Of a stretch of DNA of 55,505 nt, positions 29,848-38,493 are shown piece by piece. The translations under genes and the position numbers were made by a program. The stretch is taken from the IMG/VR virus record IMGVR_UViG_3300002026_000041, positions 1 through 55,505 of that record; one strand, 5' to 3'. The DNA is from a virus (lineage: Duplodnaviria > Caudoviricetes). Every line of letters begins with the position of its first letter. The first letter of the stretch is position 1. Below the pieces are notes generated by a model. That model was not told the DNA's origin. It was given only the letters and a program-made list of their open reading frames with translations, and did not search any database.

Positions 29848-32800
29848 TATCTATAATAATTTAATTCAGTTATTGTTTTATTCGGTGATAATGTGAAGAT
29901 TTTCTTTAATTTTTCCTTTTGATCTTCCGTAAAATCTTCCGTGGTGCTAAGAATACCGAACTTAATCGGATTGTTATTTTCTCTCTTAGGCACATTCTTG
30001 GTAATAATTTTTGAAAAGTTCTTATCGATCGGAATATTAGTTAAAAATTTATCAACTCGTTTTGCTATATCACCTTGTACTCTTTTCGTAAATATTGTTT
30101 CATCTTTAGTAAACAAACCGTTAATGAATTCAGCATCAGCGTTTAATAATTCTGAAAGAAATTTAGATAAATCATTAGTTGTCATTGATGTTGATATATC
30201 AAATACGTAGGATGTTGTATCTAAATCTTCAGTAAATTTTGATTGAGAATCAGATATGTATGAAATTACATTTTTATACGTATTGTATAATTTATCGTAA
30301 GTATAACCACTAAAATTAACTTTAGTATAAACATCTTTCTTAATACTTCCATCGTGACCCGTTTCAATAATAAAATTTAATTTATCCAACGCCATAATAA
30401 CTTCGTTTCTTGCCACTTCTAATTTATTTACGGGATAAATAGGCATTTCGTCAAGAATTTGGGATATCCTTCTTCTCACATAAGGTTTTAACACGTCTTC
30501 AGTACGTTGTAACACCGATGGCGTTAAATCTTTATTAAACTCAAAGATATTACTAATATTTTCCTCCTCAATTTTTTTTAAAATTTGAGATTTAAAATTC
30601 CTTTTTAAAACCTCTAACTCTTTCCCCTTTGGATACTCTCCAAATAATTCAATTGTTTCAGTACCACTTCCCTTTTCCACAATGTAATTAGAAATTGTTC
30701 GGTATGTTGGGGATAAAATTATAGATCCCAAAGATGACCCATATTTTCTTACTGAATTATTGTATATGTCGGCGTATGTTTTATAATAATTCACTGATTT
30801 ACTATATAATTCATCAACTAATGTGTCATATGTTAACTCAATTCCGTTAACTGTCCCTATATACGTTCCCTCTTCAATTGACTGTTCATCGTTTGGCAGA
30901 GATTGTGATGTAGTTGACTCGTTCCTATTAAAATTTTCAACTAATGACTCCAAGAATTCTTTTCTAAAAGTCGTTAAATCTGACCCATTTATGTCAGATA
31001 CAGTTGATATCGACCTTGGGTCGTACATTTCAGTATTAGCATAGAAATTAGACGAGAGAGCGTTCTGTAACCTCTCAACGGGTCTCTCTAACCCATGTCC
31101 GCCTATGAAACTAATTTGCAGGGTAACATTTGCAATCATTGGTTGTACACCAATACCTTCTGGGTTCAAATCCCACAAATCTTCCTCAAATTCAAGATTT
31201 ACATCCCTGATGATAATTTTTGAATGATAAAAATCACCAACTCTCATAATACAAATTGGCGGAGGACCAAATGTTGTGTTTCTTGCGTTAAGATCACTAT
31301 CATCAGAAACACCTTTAATTGGTATAGTGTCCCCCGGTCTAATACATTGTTGCAAAAATGTTAACCTTGAATTAAGACCTTCAGGGGTCATTGAATGAAA
31401 AGATGGGTGAAAATATCTTAATTTCTCTTTCATTGATGAAAACTGAACGGGAGAATCTTCTTCCAATTTTTTAAAGTAATAACATTCTGACAAAGTCTTC
31501 ATAATTATTCTTTTCATCTCATCAATTGGGGGAGAAGGTAACTGTCCTGGCTGTATATTCTCAGTAATTTGAATAGTTTGTTCAGGTTGAATAGGTTCTT
31601 CAATTTCATCCGGAGCTTTCTTTTCAAAAGCTATATTAATTGTACTTTCTCGGCAATAAAAAGTTATTGGGGCGGTTTGTTTTAACTCCGTCGATGTAAC
31701 AATTTTATATTTGTCAGAACAATCAATATTCCTAGCGCCATTTCCTGGGTCGCCAGGAATTTGTTCACCCACATTTCCAACATAATCAAAAGATAATTCA
31801 CCTTCACCCTCATATCCCAATGTTTTTAACTTAATTGGTTTTGGTTTTTCTGTTGATTCTTTTTTCCCATCAGATTTTGGACTTACCCATGATACTTGAC
31901 TGATTGCCTCTGTTGCATTTTCAGTTGTTTTTGCAATTTTTGTAATAACATCCTTAATCATACTATAACTTCTTCGATATGCAAGATCTAAATTATATGA
32001 ATCATCTGCAACCGATGAAGTCCGTGATTGTATTTTAATTTTTATATTTTGTACCGTTTTACCTGATAAACTTGTTTTAAGTTCTTCTAGGTTTTCGTTA
32101 AATTTATTGTAATTTGTCTCTAATTCAGTAAACCCTGAAATAATTGATTCTTTACATTTTAGTCTTAACTCATTATAATCAGAAGATTGAGGTACAGTTG
32201 ACGGGAGCGATCCCATTAATGCTTTATAATCATTCTGGGCGTTAGGCGTCCAACCTAACGATTGTAATTTATCAAATCCCTTATCAAATAAAGCAAGGTA
32301 ATCATTTTTCCATGAAATATAATCACTATATAATTTAGCATATTCTGATTCGGTTGTTCTATTTCGTGAATTTGGATCCGGATAGTCGTTTTTAAAAAAT
32401 AATTCCGAAGAAAATTCTACACTTTCAACCTCATTTTTTGGTTTTGGAACATTAGGTTGATTTCTAATAATTGTTTTATATTTTTTAATTGTAGTAGAAT
32501 CACCATTTTTGTTCAAATATGCAAGGATTTTAGTTACATCATCCTCTGTCAATGTTGTATATTGTCGAATTAACGCATAAAAATCGAGTTCTTCACATCC
32601 AGCAAAGAAAGCATTAATATAATTGTCGGCCTCTTCATCGGACATATCTTTAAAATGGTCTTTTACCAATAAATTTAATATACTTGGATGGTCAACAATT
32701 ACTTTAAACTGTATTGTCCCGTGTCTTGATGTGTTTTGGTATGTATATACTGGTTCTGGTCGTCCTAAGAAGGTATTTTCTTCCCATCTTGCTTGATTTT

Positions 32801-34580
32801 GTTCAGTAACCTTCAATCCATATGGAGGAAACCACATAACTCTACCCCCATTTGAACCTCGTTCACAATATGGTAAATCGTTATAAGTAAATCCCGGGCT
32901 ATTTGAAGACTTCCACGCTAGATTTTCAATGGAAAACATATACTTTTTAGCATAGAATCCATCACCTTTACCTTTAGCCATATTTGTTGAACTACTATCA
33001 AATCCACCGTTTCCGTTTGAATTGGGGTAAATGTTTAAATTCCAAGGTTTATCGAGAACACTTCCTGTAAATTTTCTTATGTTCCCTTGACGTTTCATGG
33101 TGTCTGAATAGTTCATATAGGATCTATCTTTTGTCCATACCCTACAATATTCAACACCACTTTCCGAACCCGTAAATTTATCTACGTATTTTATATTTGA
33201 ACCCCTTGACATTAATTGACCATCTTCCCTGAAGACCCTACTAGTTTGGTCAATAACATTTGCAACATGACTTCTAGACGCTCCGCCTTCACTCGGTAAT
33301 GTATCAAGAATCTGTTGTGTAATACCTAATATTGAGTCGTCTCTAAAAGCAAAGTTTGTTGAAAGACTTTCTTCAAGTTTAGATTGTTCATCCCGATACT
33401 CTTCATTGTTAATACCTAATTTGTTTTTGGAATTCGTACTAATCCATGTTAATCTACCACCAACACCACCACCTTCGGTAATTCCTTTAGTTCTCAAAAA
33501 TACATTTACTTGAACTGGGTCAAATAACATACCTAGATAGTAACTACTCCTTACTTGACGGTCATTAAAATCCGACATTGCTTTTTTAACGTCATTTCCT
33601 CTGTCGTCCCCAATATAAGCTAACAACTTCGGAGCTTCCAAACCTAAAAGATTCCTTACACTTTCACCTAAATTATCGGTGAACGCAAATAATTTTGATG
33701 TATTTTGAGACCTTGCTGTTGTAGTATAATCGGGACCGTATTTTAAATACGATAAATTGTCATATAATGTGGCCTTTTGTCTCTGACCCATATATTCAAT
33801 AAACAAGTCTGACGGTTTCTTTGTGGATAACTGTCTTCTTTGTATTCCGAAAAGAGAACCGATAGCACCAGTTACATCCTGAAAAATTGCACCAGCTTCA
33901 GATTTTGCTTCAGGTCGAGCTATTACGGGGTTTCTTGGATTTGTTAGGTAATCACCCGGAATTTCCGACCATGGGAATTCAACACCCGTTACCGTTTGTA
34001 AAAAGTCTATACCCTTACCAACTAATGTGCTAGCAACCGTAATTTTTGAATTTCCCTCAACCATAGGTTCTCTACCTGTAAGGATATTAATTGCGGTTGA
34101 AGTATTTCCTTGTAAAGCGTCGAGTAATCTTACTTTCCCTGCGGTTGCAGCATATAAATTTGATTGTAATCTACCGTAAAACGGCCCTTGTTTGTTATTT
34201 TCAATATTCCAAGCCGCAAACTTCATCATTTCGGATTCATTTGTATAATCCTCACCTGTCATAATACTAACAAAACTGTGATATTTACCTGTTTCAAAAT
34301 ACGGATATAATGAAAGGTTTGCTTTACGCGGAATTGTTGTAAAATCTTCTTTTACAAAATATTCAATTGGTTTAAATGTATTTGAATTTTGCGATCTAAC
34401 TAGTTCGGAAGGTCTTTGATTTTCGACAGTCCCCGTGTCAACATTGGACATATCGCTTAGTTTTTGCATCGTGTAAGAACCAGATGTAAACGATTGAGGT
34501 CCGTTCTCTACGGTTAATGTTTTTTCAAGTATTACATTCCTGAATCCTTTTGTGCTATCAAAATCTAAGAAACTTGGCAT
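29847..34580 (-). CDS. large tail-tube-initiator-like baseplate protein containing an OmpA-like domain
   Basis: WEENTFLGRPEPVYTYQNTSR and PPICIMRVGDF...PMIANVTLQISFIGG (gp48/gp54-like halves) flank IQSRTSS...YNLDLAYRRSYSM (OmpA C-terminal-like). Confidence 0.6.
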   Translation of the reverse strand: MPSFLDFDSTKGFRNVILEKTLTVENGPQSFTSGSYTMQKLSDMSNVDTGTVENQRPSELVRSQNSNTFKPIEYFVKEDFTTIPRKANLSLYPYFETGKYHSFVSIMTGEDYTNESEMMKFAAWNIENNKQGPFYGRLQSNLYAATAGKVRLLDALQGNTSTAINILTGREPMVEGNSKITVASTLVGKGIDFLQTVTGVEFPWSEIPGDYLTNPRNPVIARPEAKSEAGAIFQDVTGAIGSLFGIQRRQLSTKKPSDLFIEYMGQRQKATLYDNLSYLKYGPDYTTTARSQNTSKLFAFTDNLGESVRNLLGLEAPKLLAYIGDDRGNDVKKAMSDFNDRQVRSSYYLGMLFDPVQVNVFLRTKGITEGGGVGGRLTWISTNSKNKLGINNEEYRDEQSKLEESLSTNFAFRDDSILGITQQILDTLPSEGGASRSHVANVIDQTSRVFREDGQLMSRGSNIKYVDKFTGSESGVEYCRVWTKDRSYMNYSDTMKRQGNIRKFTGSVLDKPWNLNIYPNSNGNGGFDSSSTNMAKGKGDGFYAKKYMFSIENLAWKSSNSPGFTYNDLPYCERGSNGGRVMWFPPYGLKVTEQNQARWEENTFLGRPEPVYTYQNTSRHGTIQFKVIVDHPSILNLLVKDHFKDMSDEEADNYINAFFAGCEELDFYALIRQYTTLTEDDVTKILAYLNKNGDSTTIKKYKTIIRNQPNVPKPKNEVESVEFSSELFFKNDYPDPNSRNRTTESEYAKLYSDYISWKNDYLALFDKGFDKLQSLGWTPNAQNDYKALMGSLPSTVPQSSDYNELRLKCKESIISGFTELETNYNKFNENLEELKTSLSGKTVQNIKIKIQSRTSSVADDSYNLDLAYRRSYSMIKDVITKIAKTTENATEAISQVSWVSPKSDGKKESTEKPKPIKLKTLGYEGEGELSFDYVGNVGEQIPGDPGNGARNIDCSDKYKIVTSTELKQTAPITFYCRESTINIAFEKKAPDEIEEPIQPEQTIQITENIQPGQLPSPPIDEMKRIIMKTLSECYYFKKLEEDSPVQFSSMKEKLRYFHPSFHSMTPEGLNSRLTFLQQCIRPGDTIPIKGVSDDSDLNARNTTFGPPPICIMRVGDFYHSKIIIRDVNLEFEEDLWDLNPEGIGVQPMIANVTLQISFIGGHGLERPVERLQNALSSNFYANTEMYDPRSISTVSDINGSDLTTFRKEFLESLVENFNRNESTTSQSLPNDEQSIEEGTYIGTVNGIELTYDTLVDELYSKSVNYYKTYADIYNNSVRKYGSSLGSIILSPTYRTISNYIVEKGSGTETIELFGEYPKGKELEVLKRNFKSQILKKIEEENISNIFEFNKDLTPSVLQRTEDVLKPYVRRRISQILDEMPIYPVNKLEVARNEVIMALDKLNFIIETGHDGSIKKDVYTKVNFSGYTYDKLYNTYKNVISYISDSQSKFTEDLDTTSYVFDISTSMTTNDLSKFLSELLNADAEFINGLFTKDETIFTKRVQGDIAKRVDKFLTNIPIDKNFSKIITKNVPKRENNNPIKFGILSTTEDFTEDQKEKLKKIFTLSPNKTITELNYYR

Positions 34581-34593
34581 TATTATCTTTTAA

Positions 34594-34601
34594 TATAAAT
34601 A
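34594..34601 (-). promoter_or_regulatory. putative late promoter TATTTATA
   Basis: 13 nt upstream of ATG 34580. Confidence 0.55.
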
Positions 34602-34620
34602 CAAGTAAGATTATTTCTGA

Positions 34621-36528
34621 TTAATATTTGATAGCGAAGTTGTTTAAATAACCACCGTCATCGGTTCGTGTCATATGCATGATAACCCGTTCAGCATTTC
34701 TTTCAATTACATCACTTTTAACATCGGATGTAAACTTATAATTATTATTAACGGTTGTTACGGTTTCAACAGGTTTCTCTTTTTTGGATGCAGATGTTCC
34801 ACTCTCCATAGCAACGGACGATCTTGTGTTTATTTCACCACTAGCTGTTAATTGACGTTCTAAATTAACACCCGGAACTTTTTTATTTATAATATCATAC
34901 ACTAAATCGGTGTCAATTTTTGCCCCAAACTGTCTGGCTAATGCATCTGCTTCACCCGCAATTTTTGTTGGGTCAAATCCTGCTTTACGTGCTAAATCAT
35001 TTGCAAGAATTCCCGTTTGTATCCTCATTGAAGCTGTGATATATGATACATCACGATTGATATTTTCAATAAGACTTACTTGATCCATTGCAATGTCCTT
35101 CATATCCATTTGTTTGAACGCATCTCTTTGAGATAATAGAATATCAGTTTGACTTTGAGACATTTCACTTAATGCAACTTCTGTTGCCCCTAAATTAGCC
35201 TGTAAACTTTGTGGAACTTCAATTACCATACGGCCATCTTTCATTTGAGACAGGTTAGTTAAAAACTCCTTATCCTCATCATTTTTAAAAATAAGACCTT
35301 GTGCCATCATATCTGTGGCAGCTTGGGTTCTTTCCATTGATGCAATAGCCGTTTTATTCAAATCTTCCATACTCATTCCGAACTCCTTAGCCATTTCTTT
35401 TGCTCGTCTAAGATTCGCCCCGGTTATCTCAAATCTACCTTGTTCATTGTTATATGTTACTAACGATTTCGATGCTCCAATAATTGCGTTCTGTAATCCT
35501 TCGACATCATTAGTCGCCATATACATTAACTTAATTGGGTCATTCAAATCACCGACCGCACCACCAAGTACTTGTAAATTAGAAACCATTTCTAATGCAC
35601 CTTCAGGATCCCACACCTTTTCTGCCATTCCAGCAATATCCTTCATGTTCATTCTGAACTCAATGGACTTCTGAACCATTTTGGTTAATCCTTCAACACC
35701 ATTTTTAAACCCATATTGATTTAATAAAGACAATTGTTCACCAAGACCTTTAACAACTTTTCTAGAATTTAACCCTAACTCCAACGCTTCTTCCCCCGCT
35801 TTATTGGTTGCTTCGGTCATATCGTGAACACCCATAGAAATTTCTTCGAAAGCTCCAGCCATATTGGCATATTCGGTCATACTTTCAGCAAATTTACTTG
35901 CTAGTGCCATTTCTTGAATGGTAGTTTGACCTAAAAGCTTGAATTTTCCGGAATTTGTAACCACATTGGTTACGGCATCGGATAACTCACTAAAACTAAT
36001 ACCTAATTTGATTGCTTCGGGGTAAGCTTCGGTTATTTCCTCCCTAAATGCACGAGATAAAACACCCAAAATACCTGTGTTCTCATTCATTTTTATAAGA
36101 AGGTCGTTTTGTTGTTTAAAATTCAAAACGATTTGCATACCAATATTCTTACCGATATCTCCAAGAATGTCTTTGACCCCCTTTATTCGACCTTCACTAT
36201 CAGTAAGAGTTTCAATTACAGAATCCATATCTTGAAATTCATGGGGATCCATTCCTGGGTTGTTTTTGTATTGGGTACCCATAGCTTCTTTTACCCAACC
36301 TAAAATACTCTCAGGAGCATCTGTTACTGAACTGCCCCCAAATACTTTTCCTTGTCCACCGCTACCGCCTCCACTACCTCCACCGCTACCTCCACCGGGA
36401 TTACTTATAGCGGCATTCCAAGCGTTATTTACCTCTTGTGGGTCAGCATTAGGGAACCTTTTCATGTATTCATTAGTAAATCCCCCAACATCGTTTTGAT
36501 CTGCGAAAGTTTGTAATCTATTTGCCAT
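34621..36528 (-). CDS. tape measure protein
   Basis: 635 aa, Ala/Met/Gly-rich helical composition; position after tube and chaperone, before hub genes. Confidence 0.7.
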   Translation of the reverse strand: MANRLQTFADQNDVGGFTNEYMKRFPNADPQEVNNAWNAAISNPGGGSGGGSGGGSGGQGKVFGGSSVTDAPESILGWVKEAMGTQYKNNPGMDPHEFQDMDSVIETLTDSEGRIKGVKDILGDIGKNIGMQIVLNFKQQNDLLIKMNENTGILGVLSRAFREEITEAYPEAIKLGISFSELSDAVTNVVTNSGKFKLLGQTTIQEMALASKFAESMTEYANMAGAFEEISMGVHDMTEATNKAGEEALELGLNSRKVVKGLGEQLSLLNQYGFKNGVEGLTKMVQKSIEFRMNMKDIAGMAEKVWDPEGALEMVSNLQVLGGAVGDLNDPIKLMYMATNDVEGLQNAIIGASKSLVTYNNEQGRFEITGANLRRAKEMAKEFGMSMEDLNKTAIASMERTQAATDMMAQGLIFKNDEDKEFLTNLSQMKDGRMVIEVPQSLQANLGATEVALSEMSQSQTDILLSQRDAFKQMDMKDIAMDQVSLIENINRDVSYITASMRIQTGILANDLARKAGFDPTKIAGEADALARQFGAKIDTDLVYDIINKKVPGVNLERQLTASGEINTRSSVAMESGTSASKKEKPVETVTTVNNNYKFTSDVKSDVIERNAERVIMHMTRTDDGGYLNNFAIKY

Positions 36529-36532
36529 ATAC

Positions 36533-36540
36533 TATAAATA
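36533..36540 (-). promoter_or_regulatory. putative late promoter TATTTATA
   Basis: 4 nt upstream of tape measure ATG. Confidence 0.55.
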
Positions 36541-36542
36541 CA

Positions 36543-36695
36543 TTACTTTGAATTTTCCAATTCATGAATATATTCAACATAATACCTTCGAAGGTACACG
36601 GGCATTGATATAATGTCAGAGTACGAGAACCCCCTTTTAACTAAATATAAGATTTCGTCTAGCTGACCTTTACGATATTCCGTAGAAAGGACGAA
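36543..36695 (-). CDS. frameshift extension / gp51-like second tail-assembly chaperone segment (+1 frame, no upstream ATG)
   Basis: 50 sense codons FVLSTEYRKGQLDEILYLVKRGFSYSDIISMPVYLRRYYVEYIHELENSK fill the gap to the tape measure gene; begins at UUU-UUU-C site; not in ORF track. Confidence 0.7.
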   Translation of the reverse strand, partial: FVLSTEYRKGQLDEILYLVKRGFSYSDIISMPVYLRRYYVEYIHELENSK

Positions 36696-37425
36696 AAAAT
36701 TCCACCCCAAAACCAACTCTAGCGTTGATAATCTCCTTACTGGGGGTTTCGATTGGGAAGAGTAAATCTAATCCCGGCTTCTTCTGATCAACATATTTTT
36801 GAAAATCTTGGGATTCTTTTAATGGCATTTTATTATTGATAAATGAATAGATTTCCATCGGGTCTCTTCGACCATCCAAAGATTTAATCATCATTTCAAG
36901 TTTTTTAGTTTTAACAGGGGCAACAATTGATTGATCCCAATTTTTTTCCAAATCTTTAAGATCAAGTTCTTGTTTCTGTGTTAAAAATTTAAAAGTGATA
37001 GGAAGTTTACTCATCGGAAGAAAATAATCATATTCCCCATTTTCATTTGCTTTCAAGTCAAAATCTTTAACCTTAACGGTACTTAAATCAATCATAACCT
37101 CAAAATCTTCACCAGTCTTTGGGTCAATGGCCGACATTTTATATTCAGTACCAAAAGCGGTGTTTCGTAAAAATATTAAAATAGCTTCTCTATCTTCTTT
37201 CACAAGTTCCTCAACAGTAATGTCCCTATCTAATATTTTTCGTTTCAATAATTCTTCAACTACCATACTTTGTGCAATAAAATTTGGTGATGATAATATA
37301 TTTTCATCCGAAGCCGTTAAATATGCCACCTTGAGGACTTTTTTCTTGTTAACGTAATGAATACCCTTACTTGGTAATTCGACCACATCATAAGCAATCG
37401 TTGGATCAATTCTTTGTTCTTCCAT
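36670..37425 (-). CDS. tail assembly chaperone / T4 gp26-like baseplate hub assembly protein
   Basis: VELPSKG, YLTASDENIL, DREAILIFLRNTAFG, PGLDL, terminal GVEFFRP; between tube and tape measure. Confidence 0.8.
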   Translation of the reverse strand: MEEQRIDPTIAYDVVELPSKGIHYVNKKKVLKVAYLTASDENILSSPNFIAQSMVVEELLKRKILDRDITVEELVKEDREAILIFLRNTAFGTEYKMSAIDPKTGEDFEVMIDLSTVKVKDFDLKANENGEYDYFLPMSKLPITFKFLTQKQELDLKDLEKNWDQSIVAPVKTKKLEMMIKSLDGRRDPMEIYSFINNKMPLKESQDFQKYVDQKKPGLDLLFPIETPSKEIINARVGFGVEFFRPFYGIS

Positions 37426-37506
37426 AGTTCTTTTTATTAATAATTATTTGAATCCAAATTATTGACACAAAACTCGGTTTGCTGTCGATAATTTGGTTTC
37501 GGGCAT

Positions 37507-37540
37507 AAAAAATTCCCATATAAATAATATATGGGAATTT
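37507..37540 (-). terminator. intrinsic terminator after tail tube gene, with late motif in its loop region
   Basis: 13-bp perfect inverted repeat AAATTCCCATATA / TATATGGGAATTT plus T-run; TATTTATA at 37519-37526. Confidence 0.75.
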
Positions 37541-37573
37541 CTTCACATTATCAATAGATATCAAAAATATATT

Positions 37574-38062
37574 CTAGTAAACCTGTATACAACGATCCAT
37601 TCTTAACGTTGCATCGATAGTGGCCAAATCGTCTCTTGAATAATCTAAATCACCAAAATTAAGATCGGTTAAGAAAGTACCTTGGAGAATCCATTTTTCA
37701 ACCACAACACCTGTCGGGTCTAACATTTCTAACTCTACATCTTTCTTATATCCAGCAGCGTAACCCATTCTTCCTGTAACTGATTCAGCGTGTAAACGGA
37801 ACCACTCCATTAGAGCCTGTGACGCTGAAGGACCAATCGGGTCTTTAAATGTCACCTTGATTTCATTCCAATTAAATCTACCAGCAACAAAAGTTGAAGT
37901 GTTTAAGAAAGGAATTTCAGTTGCGTTAATTTTTGCACTTGGACGGGCTGCCGATGTCACATACCATTCATTTATACCTAAACTCGAAGGGAATCTAAGG
38001 ATAAATCGGTTTTTTCTTTTCGGTTCGTAAGGAACCGGCATCTTCATTAGTAAATCTGCCAT
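37574..38062 (-). CDS. tail tube protein (T4 gp19-like)
   Basis: EPKRKNRFIL, AGRFNWNEIKVTFKD, GYKKDVELEMLDPTGVVVEKWILQG; directly after sheath. Confidence 0.92.
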   Translation of the reverse strand: MADLLMKMPVPYEPKRKNRFILRFPSSLGINEWYVTSAARPSAKINATEIPFLNTSTFVAGRFNWNEIKVTFKDPIGPSASQALMEWFRLHAESVTGRMGYAAGYKKDVELEMLDPTGVVVEKWILQGTFLTDLNFGDLDYSRDDLATIDATLRMDRCIQVY

Positions 38063-38096
38063 TGTATCTGTGTTATTTTTTTTATTTCTTTATTAC

Positions 38097-38104
38097 TATA
38101 AATA
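38097..38104 (-). promoter_or_regulatory. putative late promoter TATTTATA
   Basis: 34 nt upstream of tube ATG. Confidence 0.6.
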
Positions 38105-38334
38105 TATTACATTTTGAAAATATCAAAACGTTTCCATTTGATAGGAATTTTATGTATTATTACAATAAATACTCCGAGATGCATTATATATGCCTTCACT
38201 TCATAAAAATCTAATATTTCTAAAGATTTTTTTATTCGAGACTTGATTTTGTAAAAAATTTTTCGTATATTTTGGACCAATACTACTGGATTTATGTTGG
38301 TCCTTTTTCTAGTTTGGTCCTTTAATAAATAAAA

Positions 38335-38444
38335 CCAGAATAAAAAGCAACTAGAATAAAGTTGCTAGAATAAAGTTGCTAGAATAAAAGATACTAGAAT
38401 AAAATACTAGTATAAAACTACTAATATAATTGCTCTAGATAAAA
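38335..38444. repeat. tandem degenerate array of CTAGAATAAA, ~14-bp period, 8 units
   Basis: units at 38335, 38351, 38365, 38379, 38394, 38407, 38421, 38435; four exact CTAGAATAAA; non-coding gap between sheath and tube. Confidence 0.85.
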
Positions 38445-38480
38445 AAAGGTGAGAATTTTGTTCCCACCTTTTCTTTTTTC
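38441..38480 (-). terminator. intrinsic terminator after sheath gene (T-runs on both sides)
   Basis: minus strand AAAAGGTGGGAA-CAAAA-TTCTCACCTTTTTTT. Confidence 0.78.
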
Positions 38481-38493
38481 AAAGATATTAGTA

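Noticed and set aside
36350-36400. GGGSGGGSGGGSGG tract in the tape measure as a synthetic linker
   Set aside because: In frame within a natural gene with native codon style and no vector sequence nearby; a natural low-complexity linker
38105-38330. tRNA or known ribozyme in the intergenic gaps
   Set aside because: No cloverleaf with T-loop/D-loop consensus or hammerhead core recognised by eye; a covariance-model search would be needed to exclude fully
38335-38444. Repeat array as a CRISPR or mini-CRISPR
   Set aside because: Units are 10 bp with 3-6-bp gaps; no 25-45-bp repeats, no unique spacers, no cas genes in the window
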